The notes under the pieces were generated by a model. It did no database searches and was not told the DNA's origin. It was given only the letters and a program-made list of their open reading frames with translations. Shown piece after piece: positions 48,698-60,000 of a DNA stretch of 64,000 nucleotides. The position numbers and the translations under genes were made by a program. Location: contig CDRNST010000006.1 of NCBI GenBank assembly GCA_977016875.1, forward strand, positions 3,658,001 through 3,722,000, in the 5' to 3' direction. This stretch comes from Pavona decussata (lineage: Eukaryota). Every line of letters begins with the position of its first letter. Positions within the stretch are counted from its first letter, which is position 1.

Positions 48698-50947
48698 TTA
48701 ACTGAGATTTTTCGACCAGAAGGAGTGTAGTGTCGCCTTCTTTGACGCTGTTCCTGATTGTTCCCGTTTTCTCTTGCCTCTATAACTTGCCGCCTCAGTA
48801 CTCCTACGATTGTCGGAGTTACAGGTATTTTTCCCCTCACCTGAATTGTTCCGTGATACAATCTCTCTGATCGTTGCCTTGTTTAGGCATAAGTCAATAT
48901 GCTTATTCAGTTCAATCATGGCGTCTTCACTCGGCTTTATTAATTGTTCTTGTCCACACACAGGACACAGCAGAGCGGACGGGTTGCAGGTTCCCGCACA
49001 TTTTACCTCGTTGGATTTTGAACACGCGATTTGCTCAACGGACGATGATGAGCACGAAATATCCGAGTCTTCAGTTTTATCAGTGTCGAGGAAATCTGAT
49101 GGTTGTGCCACCAGACAAAGTTCTTTACTTAAATTTTCGTCAGCAGGCTGTTCATCGATGGAAAACTCCTCGGTGGTAAACTCATGGGTAGGAGTGAAAA
49201 AACTGGCAGTTTTCAAATGCGATACATTTCCCTTTGGTTTTAAAAACTCTGTAATTGTGTTCTGTCGTCCATCTTTTGATGAATCAGAAATACAATCTTG
49301 AAAGTTTGACAGGCGAACTCCCATGAGGCGGAGTCTGAGTGGGTCTGGAGAACAAGCACTGATTTCATTTTTAAGCAGCTCCTTAGCTGCTAGGCAAATC
49401 TCTTCGTAAGTGGAAATGGGGTTGAGTGGTGACAAAGATCGAGACTTTACTTCAAAGTTCACAGTCTTGAGCTTAATTGTGACGGTCTTTCCTTTAAGCT
49501 TCTGTCTTTTCAAGTCTTCTGCCAGTGATTGACACAGCTTATCGCACATATCGAGTAGCTCTTCTGGTTTACTCATTTCTGGAAAGGTTGTCTCTGTTCC
49601 CATGCTCTTCCTTTTGGAGTCAGTCGCAATTGAAGTGTTTCCTAGGCCAAGTGAGACTTGTAATAAGAATCGGAAGCTGATTGGAGAGTGCAGGAGATAG
49701 AGCAAGTCTCGTTTCATGTAGAGATCTTTGCAGGTCTCTATGCCTAGAGCTTTGAGCATCTGCTCGCTAACTCTTCCAATTCCACTTATTTTCCTTATTG
49801 GCAGTTTGTGAACAAACTCTAAAACAACCTCGTAGTCTGGCTTTAGGAAAAACTGTCCGTTGGGTTTGTTACGATCTGAGCAGACCTTTGCAAGTAGGAC
49901 ATTAGGTGCGATTCCGGCACTCGCTGTAAGGCGAGTTTTCTGTTCAATTCGAAAACGTAACTCCCTCACAACTTCTTCTACATCGTTACCAAATTCCACA
50001 ATCTCACTAGCCATCATTTCATGGTCTTGCTTTGTTTCAATTCCTGGCCATGGTTGCGAATGATCTTTTGATCTTGTGAAGGTCCTTTTCTCTTTGTTTT
50101 CTCGCCTCTCTCTGAGGTACTCTGTCAGATCCAAATATGCTTCATCTAAACTTGCCATTGCAAAATTAGGGTCATACTCGGTTAAGATTTCTTGTACTTG
50201 GCGACTATATTCTTTATATTTCTCAAAGTGAGGGGGTACAATGACAAGTTCGGGACATAACTTCTTGGCTATGAACCCTGGCATAGCTGCCCTAACACCG
50301 TAACGCCTAGCAGGATAGTTTGATGTAGACAACATTGCGTTACCTCCTACAGCCATGGGTTTGTCACGCAATTCAGGATTGTCTAAGATTTCGACTGCAG
50401 CATAGAACGCGTCCATGTCAATATGAACGAAGGTACGACTTAAATCGCGCGTTTTTTCCAATTCTTTTACGATCAGTTGTGTGGTTTGTAATGCTTCTTG
50501 TCTCTGCTGCTCGGTGATTTTTTCAAGGCAGGCGGTTTGTTTTCTGATCCTCTCAGCGACTTGTTTATCTTTCTTCAATTCATTCTCATAGAACCGAGAA
50601 CCTTTGCTTGCTTCAAATATGATTTGGTTGATTTTTTCCTTATCAAGACCTACCATTCCTGCTTTATGATCATTTAGCTCCATTCTGGTGAGACTTTTTG
50701 AGCTATCTGTTGTCTTCTTTCCGTCTTTCTCAACAATCACTTTATCCTGCTCGACGTCTTGGTTTATAACGTCTTTGGTGTTTGAATTTTCCTCCCTTTC
50801 TATACCATTCCTTGACCAGATATTACTCCCAAGGCTTCTCCATTCCATTTCTGGTACGCTAAATATTTCAGTCCACTCACTAGATTCGTCTTCCTCTTCT
50901 AAATCGTGGAAGTTATCTTCAACGTAATTCAAGCTGTGGTCCGCCAT
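48698..50947 (-). CDS. POLK: DNA polymerase kappa (Y-family, DinB), single coding exon, 749 aa
   Basis: N-clasp RMELNDHKAGMVGLDKEKINQIIFEASKGSRFYENE; catalytic HIDMDAFYAAVE and SLDEAYLD; STSNYPARRYGVRAAMPGFIAKKLCP; ASAGIAPN..AKVCSDRNKPNGQ; PAD ending LRLRLMGVRLS; PIP-like QNTITEFL; RIR-like SFF; UBZ4 CPVC..NKHIDLCL; C-terminal PIP-like TLHSFW. Start taken at aaaATGGCG (50947). Confidence 0.96.
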   Translation of the reverse strand: MADHSLNYVEDNFHDLEEEDESSEWTEIFSVPEMEWRSLGSNIWSRNGIEREENSNTKDVINQDVEQDKVIVEKDGKKTTDSSKSLTRMELNDHKAGMVGLDKEKINQIIFEASKGSRFYENELKKDKQVAERIRKQTACLEKITEQQRQEALQTTQLIVKELEKTRDLSRTFVHIDMDAFYAAVEILDNPELRDKPMAVGGNAMLSTSNYPARRYGVRAAMPGFIAKKLCPELVIVPPHFEKYKEYSRQVQEILTEYDPNFAMASLDEAYLDLTEYLRERRENKEKRTFTRSKDHSQPWPGIETKQDHEMMASEIVEFGNDVEEVVRELRFRIEQKTRLTASAGIAPNVLLAKVCSDRNKPNGQFFLKPDYEVVLEFVHKLPIRKISGIGRVSEQMLKALGIETCKDLYMKRDLLYLLHSPISFRFLLQVSLGLGNTSIATDSKRKSMGTETTFPEMSKPEELLDMCDKLCQSLAEDLKRQKLKGKTVTIKLKTVNFEVKSRSLSPLNPISTYEEICLAAKELLKNEISACSPDPLRLRLMGVRLSNFQDCISDSSKDGRQNTITEFLKPKGNVSHLKTASFFTPTHEFTTEEFSIDEQPADENLSKELCLVAQPSDFLDTDKTEDSDISCSSSSVEQIACSKSNEVKCAGTCNPSALLCPVCGQEQLIKPSEDAMIELNKHIDLCLNKATIREIVSRNNSGEGKNTCNSDNRRSTEAASYRGKRKREQSGTASKKATLHSFWSKNLS

Positions 50948-51067
50948 TTTGAAGTAGATTGGTAACCAGGCCAAATTCCTTTTTCCCGCCAATAGGCGTC
51001 TCGTTCGTAAACAAAAAATCGTGCAGCGTTCATCGGAACGAAGTCCACGATCAAAGCGGTGAGAAAA
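50941..51067. promoter_or_regulatory. Ultra-compact bidirectional promoter between POLK and the MBD-PHD-F-box gene
   Basis: ATGs at 50947 (-) and 51068 (+). Motif matches: YY1-like CCGCCATTTT 50941-50950, TTTGAA 50948-50953, ATTGG 50958-50962, E2F-like TTTTCCCGCC 50981-50990, CCAAT 50989-50993. Confidence 0.65.
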
Positions 51068-54000
51068 ATGGCTAAAAAGAGACCACATTCACAATGCCAA
51101 ATAATTCCCCATGATCATTTTGGTAAGTGAGTCGTAATATTGAGAGGAAATTTCAAAATTTCTGATGTTTCTACCGTGACGTTCAGCCCCTCAAACAGCT
51201 ATCACAGCAAACCACGCGAGCTCCACGCATGTAAAAATATTGCTTCTGTTGCTTTGCAAATTCCTCAACAGAACTGTAAGCAGAACTCAAGTTTGTTTTA
51301 TTATAAAACTTTCAGTGCTAGATTTGTATTCTACTCGATCGAATTTAAGCTTCTAATTATATAGTAAAAAGTACAGCAAGGAATGTATAGTATTTGCAGG
51401 CAATTAAGAACTTTTAATTTGCGTGAAGAATGCGTTTTTTTTTTCATGCAAGGACACTTTGAAATTGTGTGCACAGTACCTCTATAATTATGAAATTATG
51501 TGCACAATAAAATGCGCCCTAATTATGAAATATTATGTGCACAATAACTCCAGAATTATGTAATTATGTGCACAATTACCCCTCAATCATACAACCCGAA
51601 TTAATTATGTCAGTGACAAAATTCGAGATTAGAAAGTCTTTGTTAACTTTTCCACAATGTTTCTAGCAATTTTGTAAGTAATAACAAAACAGTAAAAAAA
51701 AGAACCAATTCAAGTGCACCTTGTTATGCAAGGCCTGGTAACACAAGCTCTGGGAAAATTTTGTTTGGACATTCATTGTAAGTAAGTGGACATGGAAACT
51801 TTTAGAAAAAGTAACTGTTGTTTATTGAATCTGTATCAATAAAACAATAGATAACAAAACAACAATATAACTCCAGTTGTTATCAGTACAAAACCTAACT
51901 AAACAGACAATTTCTCATCAAAATATGAGACTTAAAGTATTTTTGTTGTTCTAGACAACATAATATTGTTCATTATGTGCAGTCCAACCTCTATTAATTA
52001 CCAGCCCAACAAATATATATTCAAACACAATGCTCATAGTCCTTGGCTTGTAGTGAACAAAACGCAACGTGAAACCTCCCTGTGGAGTTTATTATTCGCT
52101 CCCCGAAGGGAATTTTGACTCTCTTGAAAGAGATTATTTGCTCCCCGAAGGAGATACGACTCTTGAAAAGGGTTTAACATTGCGACACGGAAAAGATATC
52201 CAGCTGCGCAAAGCACTTGACCACCATGACACGTAAACAAGCGCGTCGATGGAGTCGTACAAATTATTTCTGTTAGTATCTAATTGCCATAAATTGTCAA
52301 AAGACCTGGCAAATCCTTTACAAACAAGTTTTCCATAAATGCGAAGACAGCGGTGCTTGATTCTTGAGCTGAAATGGTTTAAACTCATTGTAAAAAAATG
52401 AACTCACCTTTTAAACGATGCAATCGAACATGATGTGACAAAGCGAGTTGTGAGCACATGGCGAAAATCGGAGCTTTTTAGTAAAGATCGTGTGACTACG
52501 TGTTAATTCCGGAAGACATTTGAAGCCACTTGAAGCAATCGTCAACAAGCGTTGAGCGATCGAACATATTCAGAACAAACAAGACTAAAATTGGGGAATA
52601 TCGGGTGAAAATCGGCAGAGTTCATTCATATTCTATTGTTACACTCACTCACTCAACACGGTGACATAGTGGCGTTCGCCTCTATATAGGAGCCAATAGC
52701 CACAAAAAGAAGCTAAATGCACTTGCTTGACACTTGCATACGACTGTTGCTTCCGCAAGTATTTATGAAGTTTAAAGTTCAGTATTCCAAAATTACTTAC
52801 CTTTTAAAACAAATTCCTTAAGAGTGACAAATGAAACTACTTCTGCAAAGTTCTTACTTAATTTCCATGCTTTAAACAATGACATTTGCCTAAGATATGT
52901 CAAAGGCCATGTGCAATGACCCATGAATAACCAAATCCCTTAGATTGTGGCAATTATCAAATGCCAGCCCATATCTGTGCAGAGCTGAACTTGAGTCAAA
53001 TGCCTGGGGTATGCTGGGTAGGGGTGGGCGAGGGGGGATGATCATACAGATGCACATGAAGTATTAGCCTCCCACACTTGCCTCTGTGGGGGGTGGGGGA
53101 GGGTAATACAGCTACCCTAAAAATGACTGTGTGAGAGACTAATACAGTGTTGATAAATCTAGTTAAAGAAAGTTATAACTGGACAGCTGCAGAATAAGAT
53201 GTTTAAATTACGTAACTTCATGTTACAACGTAACAAGAATGCGTAAGCTCAGTATTACTTTGAAAATGTGCTATAAAAGCAAGATATATGTAGATAACTT
53301 GTGGTATTAAGTCACTCTTCTTGCCTAGATGGCCCTATGGAATCCTCGATTATAATTCTGAACTCTTTTAATGGAAACTTTTAATTCTCTAATCCTGCTC
53401 GTAATAACAACCCAGTGTGCATGCTCGTGATGCAATATAAGACACTACATCTCTCCCTTCCTCTAAGAATGAGAAGGGTAAATGTCACTATGAAAATGTC
53501 ACTATGAACAAAAACAAAAACAAAACTCAACATATCGTTTCCTTAGACTATCTGTCCAAATAATGTTCAAGTTACATAGTCCTTGAAATGTTCAGGCAAA
53601 TGTTCAAGTTACATAGTTCTTGAAATGTTCCAGGCAAATGTTCAAGTCACAAAGTCCTTGAAATGTTCAGGCACTCTTCTTGTTCTTTCCGATCTGCGAA
53701 GTGCAGGTGGTGCTTCTGGTTCATCCTCAACTGCTTCATCTGCTTCATGATATCCTTCAGCTACATCAACTGCTTCAGCTGTCTCAATGCTGAGTGTAAA
53801 TTTTTCTTCCTCGTCACTTGGAATGAGTTGTACTGGTACGCTGGAAGACAGCTTTTTAAAGAATGACGCATTTCTGGTTACAGTGCGTTCTGCGTTTTGG
53901 GCCGTAATCATGCTTCCTTTCTTGTCTTTTATCTCAAATGGCTCAGGTTTAAATGGTGTGGACATCTTGTTCTGCTTGGGCTGTTTTAGGTGCAATACTT

Positions 54001-57000
54001 TGTCACCAACACTTAGGTCTGTGTTTTTGGCATGGCTGCACCTATCCGCATATTCTTTCATCTCTGTCTTTCTCTTGGCATCGGTTTGTCTAACCTCTCA
54101 AGGTGCCAGATCGTGTTGTATCTGAGGTAGTGTGGACTTGAGTTTTCGTCCATTCAACAATTCAGATGGAGACTTTCCTGTGGTGCTGTGGGGGGTTGCC
54201 CTGTACTGTCGAAGAAAGGTAACACCTCTTGCTTCCAGTTCTTGCCTTCTATGACCGCTGTCCTAATTGCCTTCTCTAGCGTTCTCATCAGTCTCTCCGC
54301 CTCCCCATTTGCTGTGGGCCATATAGGAGTTATTCTGCGATGAGTGAAACCAAGGTGAGTGGCAAACTTTTGGAAATCTTCGCTGTTGAAAGGTGGACCA
54401 TTGTCAGTTCTCCCATCCTTGTCGCCAGTTATGGAATCCTCGATTATAATTCTGAACTCTTTTAATGGAAACTTCTACTTCTCTAATCCTGCTCGTAATA
54501 ACAACCCAGTGCGCACGCTCATAACGCAATATAAGACACTACAATAACAGGCCCAACATTTTTTTATTTGCCCCTGCCCTTTCCTTTATCACCTTGTTTC
54601 AGTTTGTAGTATCCTTTTTAAAAATCAGATGTTTTTTGTTAAATTCTGAGCAGGAGATGATAGTCCTGTGTTACTCAACATCCCACAGATGCAGAAGCCT
54701 TTTGACTATGGTGAGATATGATAATTTATAACCATCTGTAATAATATATCAATAAATTATAATTATTGTTTTGTCAAAGAAACAGAATACAGTGTTATTT
54801 AGTAAAGCCAGAGGAGCATACTTGTATTAATTTGTTCTTTGAACCATTAATATTTTGTGATAATTTTCTACTCACCAACATTTCCTGAGTTAAATATAAT
54901 ATGTGATTTTTTGTATTGATATCACACAGTTCTCAGATTTTTTTCCCAACAATTTTTGATCATCGCCAAAGGAAATCTGAAGAGGTACTGACATTTCCAG
55001 AAATACTTTGCCAAAAATCTCCAATTACTGGTAAGATTTCTGAATATTGCAAAAGGTAGCCCAAGTGTCCAAAGAGAACTGTGACTACAGCTATGTGTTG
55101 TCCAGAATGAATTGAATTTACATGGTATGTGGCATGCACTGTGGCATATAGAGATGAGATGGCTGTTTTGGAGCTACAGTTTTTTTTGGTTAAGAAATTG
55201 TTAATTCCTGTCTCCATGACTGTCTTAGACACTACACTCAGCTGAGCTGTTACGATTTGAATTCATTTTTAATTTTCCTCCAGGTTGGCAACGGGAGATT
55301 ATTTATCGGCATGTAGGATCTGGCAGAAACAGTGATGTCATTTATGTCACACCATGTGGAAAAAAATTGGTACGGTAACTGAAACAAAAAATTATTCTAG
55401 AATTTTCTTGACGTAGACTATGCAGCTTGTGTTTGTTAGGAAATACCACACTTTAAAAAAATATTCTCATCTTTTCTTATAGAATTGTCGGGCTGATGTG
55501 GAAAAGTACTGTAAGTAATGGCTCACAAAAGTTCCCAGCACTTACACTTTGATAGCTTAATACTATGACTCTCAATCAGTTCATGCAACAACAATGTTAT
55601 CAAACAAATCCTTAATCATTGGTAAACAAGTCGTGGTCATTTTCTTAACATAATAGGTTACCATAGCAACACTATAACTAGTTCAAAACACCCCTTATTT
55701 TAGCTTTAAGTGGTTATAACTAAAAAAGGAGCTTGGTGACCCCAATTTCTTTTCTTTTTTCTTTTTTTTTTTTGGAACTGTGATATGTCATTCCATGCAT
55801 CAATAATTCAACCAGTGTATATCGACCGGTGTCACCTATAGGAAGCATGATTTATGTACTTTGTGTTTTGATTTTTATCAGTGAGAACAGAGAAGATAAG
55901 CTATTTATCTCCAGACTGGTTTTCTTTTGACAATCATGTTCTGGTTGGAGGAGGAGATAAGGAGGTACGTAAGTAAAGGATTTTACACAAGACTATCTTA
56001 ATTCAGTGACTTTTCAAATAGAAATTGTTCTGAATATTTATAAGCACTATTTTTGCACAGAGCCTGGTTATCATGTAAGAGACAGTATTTATTATTACTT
56101 TGTTCTGCATTTAGTTTTTGAACAAAATGCTCTAACACAAAGAGTTAGCCTATTCCTTTTTGCTTGTAACTGAGCCAGCTGAAGCAAAGATTTACTAGAG
56201 GTAAGCAAAATAAACCATACAAGTGCATTTTAAAGAAAAGTAATAAGCTAGAAGAGTTTTTTCTGAGCCTTTTGCTCAAAAACTAAAACGCAGATAATTT
56301 GAACTATTAAGTTTGTTACATGATAACCAATGTCTGTACCAAAACAGAGCTTATTAAAGCAATTTGATTTCAAGGCAGAAAAGTTGGTAAAATTGAAGAA
56401 TAGCTCCCCCACAAATCTGTCGGGTGACTATCGGTAAACTGTCGGCCACAAATTACTGACAGATTACCAACAAGGTAACTGTGTGATAATTCTCCTCACT
56501 TACAGCACTGAGTCTTGCGTAATATAAGGAAGTGTTGGATGCCATCCTCCTCCCATGTTTTATGTAATGTTTAAAACACGAGCAGCAGTGTTTTAGCGAG
56601 ATTTAGACCCAATAAAACACGTGCTGCAAGTTTTTTTAACGGCCTCAAAAACATTCCTGGAAAAGCGTGTGTCAAGAGATTTCATAACAATGATGCTTTT
56701 GTGAACATTGGAAATTAGCATATGAGAAAACATTAAACACCGCAAATTAATAAGGACAAAGTTTTATCGGGTTTTAAAACCAATGCACATGATGTTTCAT
56801 CGACCTTCGATAGGTCAGTGGGCTTATGAATTATTAATGAGTTTTGAAGGAAATATAAAATGGTTGATTATTTTGGGGTTATTTATATTTTTGATTATTT
56901 TTCATTAAAATTATATATACGGGCCTATCATGACTTGGGTGTAGGGTCTTCTACCCCCCCCTCCCCCCTGCAGCTTCTAACATCAAGACTCTTTATTTAC

Positions 57001-60000
57001 TTACAACTTCCTTACGTAGGCAAAAAAGGTGAACAATTAGTAGCCAACTGTATTTGTAAAGTTGGCCGCTCATTTAAAGAAACAGCCTCTGTAAAAGTCC
57101 TTGTTTTAGTGCCAGACAACTAAACTTTCCTTTTTTACCAACTTGAAGGATAAAACACCACTGTTAAGCAAATCTTTTGTTGTATATAATTTAAATGTCC
57201 AGGTTGTGGATTATCATACATATTTGGTAAAACTAATAGAACACTACGCAAACTCTTACTAGAACATGCATGTGACAACAATAGTGTTGTTTAAATGAGC
57301 ACCTATCTAAGTGTGAAGGTTTTTTAAAAGTTTATCAGGAGCTTGTTTGAAATCCAGATTGATTCCCTGCACTCTCTAGACAAATTATACAAGATAATAC
57401 CACAGGCTGTAATTGCTCAAGCAAACCATTGGAATGTGCTACTTTTTAAAGAGGCCTTAATGATTAAACATTGCACAGCCAATCTGAACTTGGGACTGAA
57501 GGGGTTAAGGGACCTACAGTTGTTCTAACATAATTGTAATTTCAAATTACTAGACTAAGTATAGTTTCTTGTAGCCTTTTCTATTTGTGATCATTACCTG
57601 ATGATGTTGTTGAAATAAACAACGAAAAATTATATAAAATTATGTCTGTCAAATCCCGCATCCTTGTAATCTAAATCTTAGATTTGTGACATGCAGTTCT
57701 TTGGACTCACGTTTACATGTATACTTGACTGTCTGTTGTCCCCATTTCCAGCCTCTCCACTGTCAATTTATTGATTGAAGTCCTGTACCATTTGTGAAAT
57801 CTTTATTCAGTTGACCATCTCTGTCATCCTCCAGTCCACTCTCTGCACTCCCCACTTAAGTACTATATCATTAAGATTATTGGACTCTGAGTACAGAATA
57901 CTACCTACGTGTGTGGACTATGCAATGTAAGCGGACAGAAAATTAGTATATAAAAGTGCACTGTCTGCAGGTGGTTGCTTACATTTTAGCAGAAGCATAT
58001 CAGTTTTTCAAGCGGATAATTTTATGTTTCTGACTTTAGTTATAGGGATGTGTTTAATAGGGAAGTGGGTTTTTCTTAAGAGAGGTGATTGCTGTTAATT
58101 ACTTGTATTTATTTGCCATAATAATAATTTATGTAAATTTCAGGTATCTCGTGCCACATCAGTTGCACCTACACAGTCTGAGCCATGGAGAAAATCCAAG
58201 TAAGCTTGTGCTTGTCCATCATAATAATATTATGCTGATGTTGTTGTTGTTACAGTTGCAAACAGTAATTATTTCCAAACCTACATGTATGGTTATTCAC
58301 AGTACTTTTTCTCTTTGGGGAGGGTTTGTTTTTCTTGTACAGGGGAACGATGTGGTGGTGGTATTTATTAGAGGGAATTTTGTTTTTCATTATTGGTTGG
58401 ATATGACAATAAAAGACAAAGCTAACCGCTTAAAACAGCCAACTTGGTGGGAGACCATCACGGAAGACATAAACAGTGAGATAAAAATGTATAATTTTGC
58501 AATAAATTCAACAAAAATATAACACTAGAGCTTCCAAGAGTTTCTCAGAGAGTAATTTAAGTTATTCATTTTCTTTATCGCAATAATGTGGGGGAAATGT
58601 CACTCACCTGTTGGGCTGTAAACTTGTTTTTCCTTTTGTTAATTTCTTTGAGTTTGATTTCCAAAACAAAACAAACTTGACACATATAGTAGGACTGGCA
58701 AAACCTCATACTAATCAATAGCCATACTGGGATAGTTGTCTCTCCCCCACCCCCTCCCCCTCCCAGTTATTCAGCTTATAAGGTAGATGTGGCAGGATTA
58801 CATAATTTATTGCACTGTGCAACTTGTAGGTGGTCTACAGTGGTGATATGTACAAGATATTGTCCTGATCGAAACAATGCCAGGCCTTCACTGCAATGCA
58901 AAATGTGCAAATCCTTCTTTCATCCTGAATGTGTGTTTCTTCCACCAACGGAAGTCAAGAAATATAAAGACTGCTATGTTTGCACAGTAAGTTGAATCCT
59001 ATTGATACTGGTAGTGAGGTCAGGATTTTTGATATTGTTCACTGATTTCTTTGCGAAATATTATGTTAATTGTCTCTGTCAATACTTTCCTGTTTTGAAT
59101 TGAGGAGCTCTGAAGAGCTGGAGGGTTAATTGTCAACTTAACATCGATTTGTACTTTCTGTGGGGCATCTCTACGTACTGTACTTTTAAGACCTAGCACG
59201 CAATGTGTCATTGTTGTATTTAATAATATCAATAGTCACATTGCAATATGTTGCGACATTGTCTTGAGACAGATCAGTTCGCCTTTTCTGTGTGGCTAAA
59301 CCAGTGAATGCTGAAATTCATGTCTCCTTTGCTTTGATGTAGTTTCTTCTAAGCAATTAGCACAACCCTGACCATTGGCCCAGACCTTGAATGTTGTCTA
59401 GCTATAAATGCATGATAGAAGGGTTTTTAAAAGTCGCACTTGGTCATGACGTCTATTTATTCACTGTTCAGCTGTATAAAAATTTACTCTCCCTCCCTCC
59501 CTCCCTCTCTCCCTCCCTCCCTCCCTCCCTTTGGAGGTTGATCTGTAATATTATTAAATGAGTTAAGTCTGTGTAGCAACTTATTTTTGGTTGACCTGCC
59601 AATATTTCGGTCCGACTCGGCAGCGCTGGTGAGATAAGTGAGGCACGAGGTCCTTCAGTTAATTAGGTTTGCACGTTGCTGGCCTTGGGCTTCATCTCGT
59701 AGTACTGCCAATTTGCAGCATGTTGCTGGTCTAGGTTGCAGCTCGTAATGCTGCCATTGCAGCATGTTGCTGGTCTAGGTTGCAGCTCGTAATGCTGCCA
59801 TTGCAGCATGTTGCTGCCTAGGTTGCAGCTCGTAATGCTGTCATTGCAGCATGTTGCTGGCCTAGGTTGCAGCTCGTAATGCTGCCATTGCAGCATGTTG
59901 CTGATCTAGATTGCAGCTCGTAATGCTGCCATTGCAGCATGTTGCTGGCCTAGGTTGCAGCTCGTAATGCTGCCATTGCAGCATGTTGCTGGTCTAGGTT

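Noticed and set aside
48810-50927. Plus-strand ORFs opposite POLK (likewise those opposite MUS81 exon 8, Syt exon 2 and the K2P exons)
   Set aside because: Antisense shadows of real coding sequence.
50948-51088. 47-aa upstream extension of the POLK ORF (MWSLFSH...)
   Set aside because: It is not polymerase-like and overlaps the first coding exon of the + strand gene. The ATG at 50947 has the better context (aaaATGG).
57750-57926. Possible extra Cys-containing exon (TTYVCGLCN|gtaagc)
   Set aside because: No convincing in-frame acceptor, and the flanking exons already join in phase 0.
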